Of a DNA stretch of 64,000 nucleotides, positions 1-12,996 are shown in pieces. The translations under genes were made by a program, and so were the position numbers. Where the stretch lies: NCBI RefSeq assembly GCF_030684315.1, contig NC_081383.1:39002979-39066978 (forward strand), given 5' to 3'. The first letter of the stretch is position 1. Each line of letters starts with the position of its first letter. This stretch comes from Stegostoma tigrinum. Lineage: Eukaryota. The notes under the pieces are model-generated. The model saw nothing but the letters and a program-made list of their open reading frames with translations, had not been told where the DNA came from and ran no database searches.

Positions 1-33
1 ATTGTAGAGTAAAAAGGCCCATTGAGATTGAAC

Positions 34-166
34 ACTGAAAGAACTACAAATGCTGTAAATCAGGAACAAAAACAGAAGTTGCTGGAAAAGCACAGCAGGT
101 CTGGTAACATCAGTGAAGAAAAAAATCAGGGTTAATGTTTCAGATCCGGTGACCCTTCCTCAGAAC
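34..166 (-). mobile_element. Penelope-like pLTR fragment with hammerhead-like core (mirror at ~37395-37528)
   Basis: Minus strand reads CTGAGGA-AGGGTCACCGGATCT-GAAACATTAAC followed by a TTTTCCAGCAACTTCTGTTTTTG tail. The same family occurs at 6131 and 45866. Confidence 0.6.
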
Positions 167-174
167 TCAGGATT

Positions 175-512
175 GGAGGCAATGGCCGAGAGGTATTGCT
201 ACAGAACTGTTAATCCAGAGACCCAGATAACATTCTGAGGACCCGGCTTTGAATCGTGCCACGGCAGGTGGTGGAATGTGAATTCAATAAAATATCGCTG
301 GAATTAAGAATCTAGTGATGACCATGAACACATTGACGATTGTCAGAAAAACACATCAGGTTCACTAATGCCCTTTAGGGAAGGAAGCTGCTATCCTGAA
401 CTGGTCTGGCCCACATATGACTCTAGACCCACAGCAGTGTGGTTGAAACTGGGCAACTGGTGATGGCCAGTAAATGCCACCCCTGATCAGTGATGCCTTC
501 AACCTGTGAACA
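175..512 (+). mobile_element. tRNA-derived SINE (mirror at ~37050-37387; further copies at ~12385-12680 - and 57148-57478 -)
   Basis: tRNA-like head with degenerate A/B boxes, central GGTTCACTAATGCCCTTTAGGGAAGGAA core, and a 3' tail (GGGCAACT...AAATGC) resembling the LINE 3' end at ~9280. Multiple copies in the window. Confidence 0.7.
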
Positions 513-2513
513 AATTTTTAAAAAATAAGTTAAAAATCCGACACATTAACTGAGCTTTTTCTTCACAGATTTTGCCAGACATGCGATCTTTTCCAGCAAC
601 TTCTGTTTTTGGCCCGTTGAGATTGTCCTGTCATTTAAAGCTATTGTGGATGACCTTGGGCTTAAATTGTACGTTATCATCGTCTGCAGTCTCCCTGATT
701 CCCTGAGAAATCATTAAAAAATCTGTCCATCCAAACCTCAACCATTTGAAACAAGGGATGCCATTTAAATGAAAGACCCTGGACCACCCTCTTACCGCAG
801 GGTGAGTGATCAAATCCAGCCGTAGCAGTACTGACGACAGCCTGAGAAGAAATATTAGAGCAACACACGTTAGAGGAGAAGCTGAATAACTTGTTTCTTT
901 GAAGCAGGTGAAATCACTTTCCCTAAATACTCAGTCTGTCTGGATGTACACACATATATTGTGCACTGAACCTGTCCCAATTCATTCAATAATCAATCCT
1001 TTGTGGTGCATAATACCAAAGAATCACGGCCCTTTGATTGCAGCAATTTCCCCTCATCTCAGTCCAAAATAATCAACTGCTCACTCTGACACAGTGCCCT
1101 CATGCTCTACATTCCCTTATCAGTGGAAATAGTCTCTCAGCATCAATCTTATCAATTCCCTTCAGAAGACTGAACAGTTCACTCAGATCATCTTTCATTC
1201 TTCTCAGCCCCAGAGGACACAGATCCATTTTGCTCAGTCTCTCCTTGTAGGACCAGACTCTTATTCCATAAACTTCCTGCCTGCTGTCACTGCGTGGTCA
1301 TTTTCTGCATTCTCTTCATGAGTATTGTATGTCAATGCTTACAATTTTCATATCTTCAAAAGTATTCTGCTTTTCTATTTTTACAACCAAAGTGAATAAC
1401 TTCTCAATTTGAAGACTGAACACAGGAGAAACTACTTTGACCAGAAAATGTTTAAAATGTGGAACTGACAGCCACAGGAAACAGTTGTGGTGACAAGCAG
1501 AGATGGAATTAAGGGTAAACGAGATAAGCAGTTGAGGGAAAATGGAAAGGAAGAATAAGCTGATGAAGTGAGAAAATGAAGGGTGGGAAGCTGTTCATGT
1601 GGAGCATAAACACTAGCTTTGACCCTAGGTCTGTTTTAATGCTGCAAATCCATTGTAATAATTCACAATTTTCACATGACCACATGTTCATTCATTTAGT
1701 TTCCCCTGCCTCTTTTTTTTTACAAACTTGCTGTTCCAATTAATGGGCAATGATTTTTCACCTTGGCTTCTCTACTGAAAAATAAACATGCTCCACTGAT
1801 CTAATTCTCCTAATTCTCACACCCACCAGTTTATCATGCTCCCCATTGACCAAAGCTAGGCTGAAGCTGTCAGACGAACACTATGGTTATAGACACAGGG
1901 CAGAAGCTGGATATTCTGAGACAAGTGCCTCACCTTCTGATCTTTTAGAGCCTCCCCAAAACTGACAAGTTTCAAGTCAGGAGTGCCATAGAACAATCAA
2001 CTGCTCAACTGGAAGGAAAAGTTACATTTACAAGGCCTAATTTCAGCAGTCTTACCTGGGAGAGATCCTCAATATGGCTCCACCAAACGCCAAATGCACT
2101 TCCACAATATATAGACACAATCTTCCAGGAAGGCCATCCCTCTGGATCTGTTGCAACATTAGTAATTGAGAAATGGACGAGGTGATCACTGAATGAAGTG
2201 AGATAGCCTTGTGTGTCTTTCAGAATATTGCTTAAGAATAAATTTCCTCTTTTAGAAAATGACAAAGAGACTATGTCCTTGAAATGTAATCCCCTTGAGA
2301 GCATTATCACCTTCTTTTAAATATTTGAGTGTTTTCCCATTACTGAACACGAGGTGTCCATAAAATTGCATTTCAACTCCAACAAGTTGCACAGAGATTT
2401 AAGCATTACCGATAGACCATAACATGGCCATTGAACGTGCTGTGTTCCCATTACGTTGTGCATTGTGATGTTATTAACAAGTTAACTAGAAATAACCTGA
2501 CTGTATTCCAGCT

Positions 2514-2607
2514 CTGAAGAAAGGTCCCAACCCAAAACGTCAAGCTTTCCTGCTCGTCTGATGCTGCTTGGCGCGCTGCGTTCAACCAGCTTCACACTGT
2601 GTTATCT
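2514..2607 (+). mobile_element. Short Penelope-like pLTR insertion with 16-nt target-site duplication
   Basis: CTGAAGA-AAGGTCCCAACCC-AAAACGTC core. Flanked by CTGTATTCCAGCTCTG at 2501-2516 and 2608-2623. Confidence 0.7.
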
Positions 2608-3339
2608 CTGTATTCCAGCTCTGGCCAGTTCATTCCAGGAATGTGTTCTGCCCAGTTTTAGGGGCACATAGGTTTTACTGAATAATTGCTTTATTAATTC
2701 ACCTCTCTGTTCACTATTTTTGATGAAATTTTATTATCAGTAGAAAAAGTGTCCACCCTGGGAATTTCTTGTGAACAAGTGCCAGCATCAATAGGATTAT
2801 AATGGACCAGGATTTGAATAATCTTCATCTGCCCTGTTCCAACATTTACAAGCTCCGCACTGACAATGCAGAAGCAGGATGAGTTCAATCAGCTCCTCGA
2901 GCTCATGTCAATGAAATGCTGCCTGCCCTGTGAACTGATTTCCTCTACCACTTCGGCTGTGTAACAATACTCTTACAGTATTTTGGTACTTAATACTGTG
3001 GTATAACAAAAATCTACCTTTCTCAAACTCACATTGAACAATTGATCTAAAAGGAGCTTTGTGCTATTTATTTTTGGCACATTTTTGGCTTTTAATTTTA
3101 TCCATCACTGCCTCTTTGTTACTTTATGTTTTCATCCATATGTATCTTTTTGTCATCAGGAAATGTTGTTATTGTAATTTTCTCTCCAATCTTAACTTGC
3201 TAATTAACAAGGTAAACAGTGAAGAGTCCAATATAGATCTTTGTAGGATACTACATCTTCTTAATGAGCATATCTTCTCAGTACCCTTATTACTTGTCTC
3301 TTGTCACTCCGACAATTTCCAAACCAATTATTTCTGAAA

Positions 3340-3432
3340 CTTTTGGGTCTGGTTGGGATGGTCTAGGTTCAGCATAGACCTGTTGGGCTGAAGCGCCTGT
3401 TTCCACACTGTAGCGATTCGATGATTCTATGA
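3340..3432 (+). mobile_element. 3' end of HE1-type SINE / CR1 tail
   Basis: GGGCTGAAGCGCCTGTTTCCACACTGTAG followed by an ATTCTATG-like tail. Matches the tail of the HE1 copy at 48517-48860. Confidence 0.6.
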
Positions 3433-3611
3433 TTACTATCTGTTCCATGGGTTTTCACATTAGGTACGTGACTCTAATGAGGGAATACCTTCACACTTTT
3501 CTCAAAAGTGCTGCACCCAACTTCTTTCGACCTCAAAGCTTTGGTCTCCCATTCTCTGTTGCAGAAACTAACTTGTTTGGTTTTTCCATGGTCTTATCCC
3601 TGCATGTGACT

Positions 3612-5592
3612 CCGTATTTTAGTTTGGCAGGGGGATGGAAACGAGAGTTACAGATCAGAGTGTAGGGTAGCCAGTCTACAGTTAGTTAGAGCAAGCAGAG
3701 AATCTACAAGGAAGGATAAGCAGTTGATAGGATAAAGTGGCAGTCAGCGCGATGGGTCGAGGTATGTCTACTTCAAGGCAAGAAGTGTCAGGATTAAAGG
3801 TGGCCAAACTTAGAGCATGGGTCAGTACTTTGAACTACAATGTCATGGCCATTATGGCGACTTTGATAACATGGGGGCAGGAATGGATGTTGAATATTCC
3901 GGGGTATAGGTGTTTCAAAAGAAATAAGGAGGGAGTTGAAAGAGGTGGAGGAGTGGCATTGCTAATCAGGGATGGTATCGCAGTTGCAGAAAGAGAGGTC
4001 ATTGAGGAGGGTTTGCTCTCTGAGTCGGTTTGGGTGGAAGTTAGAAACAGGCAAGGAGCAGTCACTTTATTGGGAGCTTTCTATAGACCCCCTAATAGCA
4101 AGACAGACTCTGAGGAACAGAGTGGGAGACAGATTTTGGAAAGGTGTAGAAGCAATAGGGTTGTTGCCATTCGTGACTTCAACTTCCCTAATATAGACTG
4201 GAACCTTCGAAGTACAAATAGTTTGGATGAAGCAGATTTTGTCAGGTACGCCCAGGAAGGACGTCTGACTCAACATGTAGATAGGCCGACAAGAGGGGGG
4301 ACCCTACTGGATTTGATGCTTGGCAACGAACCACGTTAAGTGTTAGATCTCTCGGTGGGAGAGCATTTTGGTGATAGTGATCACAACTCCATGACCTCTA
4401 CGATAGGCTTGGAGAGGGATAGAAGCAGACAGTATGGGAAAGGATTTAACTGGGGGAGGGGGAATTACAAGCCATTGGGCAAGAACTACAGAGCACCAAC
4501 TGGGATCAGATGTTCTCTGTGAAATGCACGCTAGAGATGTGGAGATCGTTGAGAGTGCAGTTGCTTCTGGTACTGGATAGGTTTGTCCCACTGAGGCAAG
4601 GAAAGGATGGGAAGGTGAAGGAACCTTGGATGACAAGACATGTTGAACACCTAGTCAAGAGGAAGAAGGAAGCTTACTTAAGGTTGCGGAAGCAAGGATC
4701 GGAGACGGCTCTAGAGATCTACAAGGTAGTCAGGAAGGAGCTGAAGAATGGATTTAGGAGACCTATAAGTGGGTATGAGAAAACCTTGGCAGGTCGGATC
4801 AAGGGAGACCTCAAGGCTTTCTATAGTTACGTGAAGAACCAGAGGATGGCCAGAGTGAAGGTAGAACCAATCATGGATAGTGGAGGGAACTTGTGTGCGG
4901 AGTCAGAAGAGGTAGGGGAGGTCCTTAATGAATACTTTGCTTCATCTATGAGAGGGACCTTTACATTTGTGTGGACAGGATGAAACAGGCAGATATGCTC
5001 GAACAGGTTGATGTTAGGAAGGAGGATGTGCCAGAAATTTTGAAAAACATGAGGATAGATAAGTCCCATGGGCCAGACGGGATATGCCCAATGTTCCTAT
5101 GGGAAGCGAGGGAAGAGATTGCTGCCCCATTGGTAATGATTTTTGCATCCTCACAGTCCACTGGAGTAGCGTCAAAAGATTGGAGGGTGGCAAATGTCAT
5201 TCCCGTGTTCAAGAAAGGGAGAAGAGATAATCCTAGAAATTACAGACCAGTCAGTCTCACTTCTATGGTGGGCAAATTATTGGAGAGGATTTTGAGAGAT
5301 AGTATTTATGATTATTTGGAAAAGTTTGATTATAAAAGGTCAGCATAACTTTGTGAGGGCCAGCTCATGCCTAACAAGCCTTGTTGAATTCTTTGAGGAT
5401 GTGACAACGCACATTGACGAAGGTAGAACAGTGGATGTGGTCTCTATGGATTTTAGCAAGGCATTCGATAAGGTTCCACATGGTAGCCTCATTCAGAAAG
5501 TAAGTATTTCAGGAAATTTGGCTGTCTGGATACAGAACTGGCTGTCCAATAGAAGACATGGGGTGGGAGTAGATGGATAGTATTCTGCTAAT
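3612..5592 (+). mobile_element. Degenerate CR1 LINE ORF2 (APE endonuclease and N-terminal RT)
   Basis: Fragmented ORFs with GGGVALLI, YRPPN, DFNFPNIDW, SDHN, NYRPVSLTS and DFSKAFDKVPH motifs; stops and frameshifts. Confidence 0.92.
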
Positions 5593-8189
5593 GTCTGCTG
5601 GATTTTGCGACATAATATGTGATGGATTTTGTTGGCAGATCTCTGTAAAAAATGTAGGCACCTGGAATTTTTAGTTCTTTTTAATCAGTGGAAAACTTTG
5701 AAGTTTAACTTTCCATTTGAAAAAATCCAGTGTTCAAGGGGTTAGGAAACCTTGGGTGAGATAGATTTTCACTGGTTACTAATTCAGCTCAACCAAAAAA
5801 AAGAAGAAACGAATTTGGGCAAGTACATTGCTCAAGCTCTGTTACGAACAATTGACTTCCAGTTAAGTTATGAAAATCTAACCTTGTGCCTAACCATGTG
5901 ATTTTGGCACCAACGGATTTCCACACATCAAGTGTTGAGCTCTTGTTATAATTCATCACTTAACATGGGCTTCTTAAAATCCTGTTAAATCCCAATGTCA
6001 TCCTGCCTTCATAATCTGATTGGAGAGCCCAGATAGTTCTCTGGACAGACAGACACCAAGTTAAATGAGTGCCACCTGGACCATATTGGTGTAAATATTC
6101 CAAGTCCAATTTTGCTCAATGTCAATAGCCTCTGAGGAAAGGTCACTGGGCCTGAAACATGAACTCTGATTTCACTCCACAGATGCTGCCAGACCTGCTG
6201 AGCTTTTCCAGCAATTTCTGTTTGGGTTCACGAGCTCCAGTGCTTGTCTTCACTGATTTCTGACTTATCGATGCGAGCCTGCTGATAGTTGCAGAGAGAG
6301 AATGACATCAAGTGAATTGGTTCATGAACTGCTCATTGCAGAATGCTGTAGTTTGATCCAGCGTGCAATGATTTTTATTCCTTAGTGGGTGGATTCTCGA
6401 GCTTCTCTAAACTGTGCAATAATAAAGGTTATAATAAGGGTTGAAACTCCTGAGGGGGATATGAATCTTAAGGCACAAGCTTGGCTTTCAGAGAGTTATG
6501 GGGATTTGTTTTGAATAACATGGCCTTCTGATGTGGATACCAGTAGCATGGCCATCATTTATTGCTCCTCCATAAATTTAAAAGGTGGTAATGGGCCTAT
6601 TTCTTGAACCAATAATGGCAGCAGTCTGATACAGTGGGGTGACTTTCTACACTAAGCAGAAGGCACTTAGGAGACAATGACATTGGTGTCAGACTGGTTC
6701 ACCAATGAGAACAGCCTTCCTTGCCCCAAATTCAGAAACAAACTAACTTAACTTTGACAACAATTCGATGGTTACCTGACCAATTTTAACAAGCCCAGTA
6801 TTTCTTTTCTTGACTATTCATGACGGGTGAGAAAGTGGGCTCGGTGGCGTCAGTTTTAGAAGCTAGTTGTGTTATCAAACCTCCAAAATGGCTTCTGCTC
6901 AATGAGCTTAGGTTTCTGATACAGAGCGGGCCAGGAGACATTTTCATACTATCTCAGTGTGTGGCTCAGTGTGCGCAACACTGCTGTGAGTGCCTCGAGT
7001 AATTTTACTCACTCAAGGACACTGTACAGGAACATGGAAATATAGGAGCAGGAGTACGCATTCAATTGGGCAAGTCTACACCACCATTTAATACTTCAGT
7101 GCCTTCACGTGTTAAATTAATTCACTGTAGCTTGCAACCACAATTTCCAAATGTGCTCCAACTCTACTGCCAGTTCTCTATTCTCTATTCTTCTGACCTA
7201 CTTGTAATTGTTATAATTTAGTTTGTTCCCTTTAGGAGATAAAAATCCTTTGGGTTTTTTTGCTGTGAAATCACCAATGTTAAGATGGAGCAGAGGGAGA
7301 GGCTCTGAAAAATATCCTATTTGTGTTTAAGGATGAAACATTTTAGTTCTGAGGAAATAACTAGATCCTACATGAGAGCTAACTGGGTTAAGCAAATTGT
7401 GATGAGCTGTTGATATGGTAAAGGAATTTGTGAGGACGGAAGAGCCAAACAGTGAGAAAAATCTGCATGTTCTACAATTGACAGATTGTGAAAAGTGGTT
7501 CCTCCAAATGGACTTTGGCTTTTCAATACTTTCTTGAAAGATTTAAATTATTTTGTGTGTCAATACCTAAGTGAGGAAGCGGGCTAAGTGATGTACCTGG
7601 GAGTGCATTGCTTCTGGGGTATTGATGGATGAAGCAAATTGTGTTAAATGATTTCTCCTGGCTGGGAGCTGGAAGGTGTAAATTCTCAGTGGTTACCAAA
7701 AGAATGATGGGAGATTTCTTTTATTGACTCCAAGGAACATGTGATTGAAGCTGTTTGCAAAATTACTGATAGCTTTTAAAAAGAAAAGGGACAAATACTT
7801 TGAAAATCTGAAGCTTTGCTCCCGTTAGATGTCCAGATGAGGAAAGAAATTTGGTGCCTCCCAGTGAATGCAGCAATGTGATTCTGCCGTGCCGACATTG
7901 TTGGTAAAGTAATTGCAGTGCATTTGTCTCCTTTCTAATCAGGAGATCTTTCCCAGTTTCATTCATTCCTTTTCCAAGAATCTAGGAACTAGAGGACAGC
8001 ATTTAACACTTTGGATCCAATGAGACCCAATGTGATCTCATCCAAAATCCTGGCTCATGCATGTTAATGAATGAACAAATAACCATCAATCTCACTTCAA
8101 ACATTGGCAACTTTTAAAAATATCTTTCCTATTTTACCTCCTGAAGTAATATAATTCCAAATTTAAATAATGTTCTGCAACCCAAACTC

Positions 8190-9345
8190 CTCAGCCAGCA
8201 GGAATAGGTTTCCTCAATCTGTTGGTGCAGAACAATGCTCTCGGTGTGGACTGTGCAGGGAACTTCATAACTGATGTGCAACTTTGACAGCCTTGTAATC
8301 TCGGTCAGAAGTGGGGATGTTTGCTGATGATTGCACAATGTTCAGCACCATTTGCAACTGCTCAGATACTGTTCAAATGCTGAAGGAGGATTCCTGAAGA
8401 AGGGTATTACCAGAAACATTGACTGCTCCTTTCCTCCAGATGCTGCTGGGCTTGCTGTGTTTTTCTAGCTTCCTGTTTGTTTACCCTGGATTCCAGCATC
8501 TGCAGTCTTTTTGTCTCTGACCAAGATCTGGACAATATCCAGGCTTGGGCTGGCAAATAGCAAGTAACATTCACGCCACAGAGATGCAAGGCCATGACCA
8601 TCTCCAATAAGAGAGAATCTAACCATCACCTCTTGACATTCAAGGGTGTTACCATCACTGCACCTCGTACTATCAACATTCTTAGGGTTACCATTGACCA
8701 GAAACTGAAATGGACCTGCCACATAAACATAGTGGCTACAAGAGCAGGTCAGAGGCTAGGAATACAGTAGCAAGTAACTCACTTCCTGAGTCCCCAGAGC
8801 CTGTCCACCATGAACAAAGCACAGGAAGAACTGTGATGGAATACTCGCTACTTGCCTAGCTGAGTGCAGCCCCAACAACATTCAAGCACCTTGACACAAC
8901 CCAAGACAAAGCAGCCCACTTGATTGACACCAGATCCAAAAACATCCAATCCCTCCACCACTGATGTGAAGCAGCAGCAGTATGTACTATCTACAAGATA
9001 CACTGCAGAAATCCACCTTAGTTCCTGAGACGGCACCTTCAAAATCCATAACCACTTGCACCTCGAAGGACAATGACAGCAGGTACATGGGAACATCACC
9101 ACCTGCAATTTCCCATCTGAGCGACTCACCGTCCTGACGCGGAAATATTTCGCCATTCCTTCAGTGTTGCTGGGTCAAACTTCTGGAAATCCCTCCCTAC
9201 TGGCATGGTGGATCAACCCACAGCATATGGACTGCAGCAGCTCAAGAAGGCAGCCCAGCACCACCACCCCTTCTCAAGGGTAACTAGGGACAGGCAATAA
9301 ACGCTGGCCCGGCCAGCGATGCCCACACCCCATGAATGAATAAAA
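8190..9345 (+). mobile_element. 3' part of a CR1/L2-clade LINE (RT C-terminus and tail) with nested pLTR fragment at ~8380-8520; mirror at ~28108-29349
   Basis: ATGTTTGCTGATGATTGC (MFADDC) RT motif. 3' end CTCAAGAAGGCAGC...CTTCTCAAGGG...GGCAATAAACGCTGGCC...ATGAATGAATAAAA. Same family at ~62960-63600 (-). Confidence 0.75.
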
Positions 9346-9837
9346 ATAAGTCAAAACCCCTCGATGGAAAGGTCACTGTTCGAGAAGGCTTTTAGATTAT
9401 CTCCATCGCTTGTTTGTTACAGTTTAATGATCTATCGACCTGGATCACCAAACCTCCTTAGTTCTAGTTTTCCATCATTGAAACACACTTAGTTCAACCC
9501 TTTACAGGTGCAAAGTTGGTGATGTCGCTATTTGCTTACATTGTGTTCAATTGCCACAATTTTATATATCCTCTAGAAATGTCACAAACTACTTCTAATT
9601 ACTTCCACCATTAAAGTAAGATGATTTGAAGTGATTTGCGGTTAGAATCCAGTGTTTTTTTTTGTAGTGTGGTTTGATGCCAACGTCCACACATTTGGGT
9701 TCATGACAGATTGGTTGAAGAGAAGCCTGGTCAAGGACAGTCTTCAGGCTTCAGTTTCTTCACAAAGCTGCACGTTACAGACTAAAGATTTGACAAACTT
9801 CTAGTAAGGGTTCAGAGCAATATGAGCTCAATGCTCA

Positions 9838-10690
9838 TATCCTCTTGTCCCTCTTGTACAGATCACTTCTGCCTCAGAAGAGATCCTGATGATCCAAAAA
9901 ATCTGGATCCCTGCTTCCTGCACCAGCTCCTCAGCCAGGCATTAATCTGTGCTTTCCTCCTTTTCCGACTCTCACCAGCACTTGGCAGCGGCAGAAATCC
10001 AGAGGTTATTACCCTTGAGTTCCTGCTTGTTAACCTCCTGCCAAATACCCTATTTTCAATCTGCAGGACCTCATGCCTTTTTTCTACTTATCTTGTTGGC
10101 ACCAACAATGACCTCTGGACACTCTAGCTTTCCTTTGAGAATTTCCTGCAATTGCTGTGAGATGTCCTTGACCCTGGCACCAGGGAGGCAACACGCCATC
10201 CTAGAATCTTACTCACGGCTGCAGAAATGTCTGTCTACGTCCCTGACTACAGAGTCCCTTATCACAATTGCTTGCTTGGAATTTAGTGCAGAGCCTGATG
10301 TAGTGCCAAATTCCTGGCTTCTGCTGCTATTTTCACCTGAGAGGCTGGCCGTCCCCAGTGGTATCCAAAATGGTAGACTTATTTGTGAGGGGGATGGCCA
10401 AAGGAGACTCCTGCACTGCCTGCCTATCTCTCCTAGCTGTTGCCTATCTACCTGACTGCATCTGCAAGGTGATCACTGAAGCTGCAATCTATCACACTCT
10501 CTGTCTCCTGTATACTCCTCAGTATGTCCACTTGCTGATCCAACTAATCTATGTCATCTGTGAGGAGCTGCAACTGGAAACACTTCCTGCCGACATAGCT
10601 CCCAGGGATAGTCGACTACTCGCTGATCTCTCACACCTGACAGGAGGAGCCTGCCACTCCATTGACTGCCATATCTGCTCCTTTAACAAC
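9838..10690 (-). mobile_element. CR1 ORF1 (SGNH esterase-type) fragment; mirror at ~26763-27615 (+)
   Basis: The mirror reads IVIRDSVVR..., CCFPGARVKDI, VGANKI, NAWLRSWCRKQG...DLYKRD, which are degenerate GDSL/SGNH motifs of CR1 ORF1. Confidence 0.75.
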
Positions 10691-11264
10691 TAGCAGACTT
10701 AGAGGAAAGAAAGTACTAAGCTCACCCTTAACTTGTTACTGTTCGCCCTCCTCAACAAAACCTGGTACTCAATCAGGCCTGCTGTAGATCCAACCAGCAG
10801 CAATAATTTATTCCTATGTTCTTATTCATCATCATCTTTGAGTTATTCTCCCACAGTCTATATTTTTGCTCTAAGGTCGTCCTACTATTTGAAGCATATA
10901 ACATTTGGAGAGATCTTGACAGGGTGGACTTGCAAAGGACATTTCCTCTGAGAGAGAATCTCGAACTAGGAGACATTGTTTAAAAATAAGAGGTCACCTA
11001 TTTGAGACCAAGATGAGGATTTTTCTTTCTCCCCAGAAGATTGTGAGTCTTTGGATTTCCCTTCCTCAAAAGACAGTGGGATAATCTTTAAATATTTTTA
11101 ATGCAGAGGTAGATGGGCTATTTAAAGATTTTTGGGGGTAGCAGGAACGTAGAGCTGAGGTTAAAGTCAATGTTGCTATTCCCGAAATGCGCTGTCCCAG
11201 AGGGCCTTTGCCAAGGTGCTTCACAGGAGGCTGGTAAATAATACAAGAGCCCATCATGTTCGAA

Positions 11265-12360
11265 GTAAGGTACTGATATGGATAGAGGATTGGTTTACTG
11301 GCAGAAGGTGGAGAATAGGGATAAAGTGTTGTTTCTCAGGGTGGCAGCTGTGAAAAGTAGAGTTCCACAGGGGTCAGTATTGGGATCACGACTATCCATA
11401 TTATACATGAATGATCTGGACAAAGGAGCAGAGGGCATTGTTGCTAAGTTTGCAGATGACTGGAAGTCTGGTGGAGGGACAGGTATTTTTGAGGAGGCAG
11501 GGAGCCTGCAGGAGGACTTGGACAGGCTGGGAGAGTGGGCAAAGGAGTTGCAGATGGAATACAATGCTGGGAAGTGTGATAGGAAGAATAAGGGCATAGA
11601 CTATTTTCTAAATGTGGAAAATCTTCAGAAATCTTAAGCAAAGAAGGTGTTGTGAGTCAGATTTCAGGATTCTCTTAAAGTTTAACATGCAAGTTCATTT
11701 GGTGTTTGGGAAGGCAAATACAATGTCAGCATTCATTTCGAGAGGGTTAGAACACGAGAGCAGGAAAGTACTGCTGACACTGTATATTGCTGTAGTCCAA
11801 CGGTGTTTGGAATATTGCGTACAGTTTTGGACCCTGTACCTAAGGAAGGAAGTTCTGGCATTGGAGAGGGCCAAAAGAGGTTTTCAAGAATGATCCCGGG
11901 AATGAAGGACTTGTTGTTTAAGGAGCAGTTGAGAACTCTCGGCTTCTACTCGATGGAGTTCAGAAAATTGAGGGGGGATCTGATTGAAACTCACAGGATA
12001 GTAAGAGCCCTGGATACATTCAATGTGGTTAAAGCATTGTTCCATGAGTAGGATAGACTAGGACCCACGGGCATGGCCTCACACTGGAGGGGTAACTCTT
12101 TAGAAATGAGCTGAGGAGAAACTTCTTCAGCCTGAGGGTCGTGTATCTGTGGAGCTCATTGTTGGTAGAAGACTGTGGAGGCAAAGTCACTCAGTGTCTT
12201 TAAGACAGAGATAAGATAGGGTCTTCATTAGTCAGGGGGTCAAAGGTTATGGGGAGAAGGCAGGAGAATGGGGCTGAGAAATATGTCAGCCACAACTGAA
12301 TGATGAAGCAGGCTCAATGGGCCAGCTGGCTGAATTCTGCTGCTGTATCTCATGGTCTAA
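11265..12360 (+). mobile_element. CR1 LINE 3' RT fragment and tail; mirror at ~25100-26188 (-)
   Basis: VPQGSVLG, KFADD, LEYCVQFW and LRGDLIE motifs in ORFs 11278-11637, 11612-11893 and 11803-12051. Confidence 0.88.
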
Positions 12361-12785
12361 TGGAGCATCTTTCTTGGTCATTTCAGTGGTAGTTACGAGT
12401 CATCCCCATTGGTGTGACCCTGGAGTCACATGTTGACATAATCTGGTAGGGATGGCAGTTATCTTTCCCTAAAGGACATTAAGGAACCAGGTGGGTTTTA
12501 CAACAATCGATGACAGCTTCATCGTCACTGTAATGGAAACTTGTTTTCAATTCCCCATTTCATTCAAATCAACCAAATTTAAATTTCAGAAAATGAGATT
12601 TGAGTCTTTGTTTCCTGAGCATTTGCCTCGGTCTCTGGATCACTCCTTCAGGGACATCACCATATGCACCATTATCCCCTTATGGTGCTGGCAGAAAACT
12701 TGGAAATATGACTCTCCATTCCTTCATCTAAGTAATCTTTGGCAAAAATTAAGAACTGGTGCCAAGAAACGGATAGCTGAGAGGG

Positions 12786-12996
12786 TGATAACAAAGTGTG
12801 AAGCTGGATGAACACAGCAGGCCAAGTAGCATCTCAGGAGCACAAAAGCTGACGTTTCGGGCTAGACCCTTTATCAGTTGAAGGGCCTAGGCCCGAAATG
12901 TCAGCTTTTGTGCTCCTGAGATGCTGCTTGGCCTGCTGTGTTCATCCAGCTTCACACTTTGTTATCTTGGATTCTCCAGCATCTGCAGTTCCCAAT
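12786..12996. mobile_element. Palindromic mini-element (tail-to-tail Penelope pLTR halves), left arm only
   Basis: Self-complementary about ~12877. Flanked by ATAGCTGAGAGGG (12773-12785) and ATAACTGAGACGG (12997-13009). The empty site is present in the right arm at ~24675-24690. Confidence 0.85.

Noticed and set aside
175-265. tRNA gene
   Set aside because: Degenerate tRNA-derived SINE head continuing into SINE core and tail; no intact cloverleaf.
9949-10455. 168-aa ORF conserved in both arms
   Set aside because: Antisense to a CR1 ORF1 remnant; conservation is explained by the duplication.
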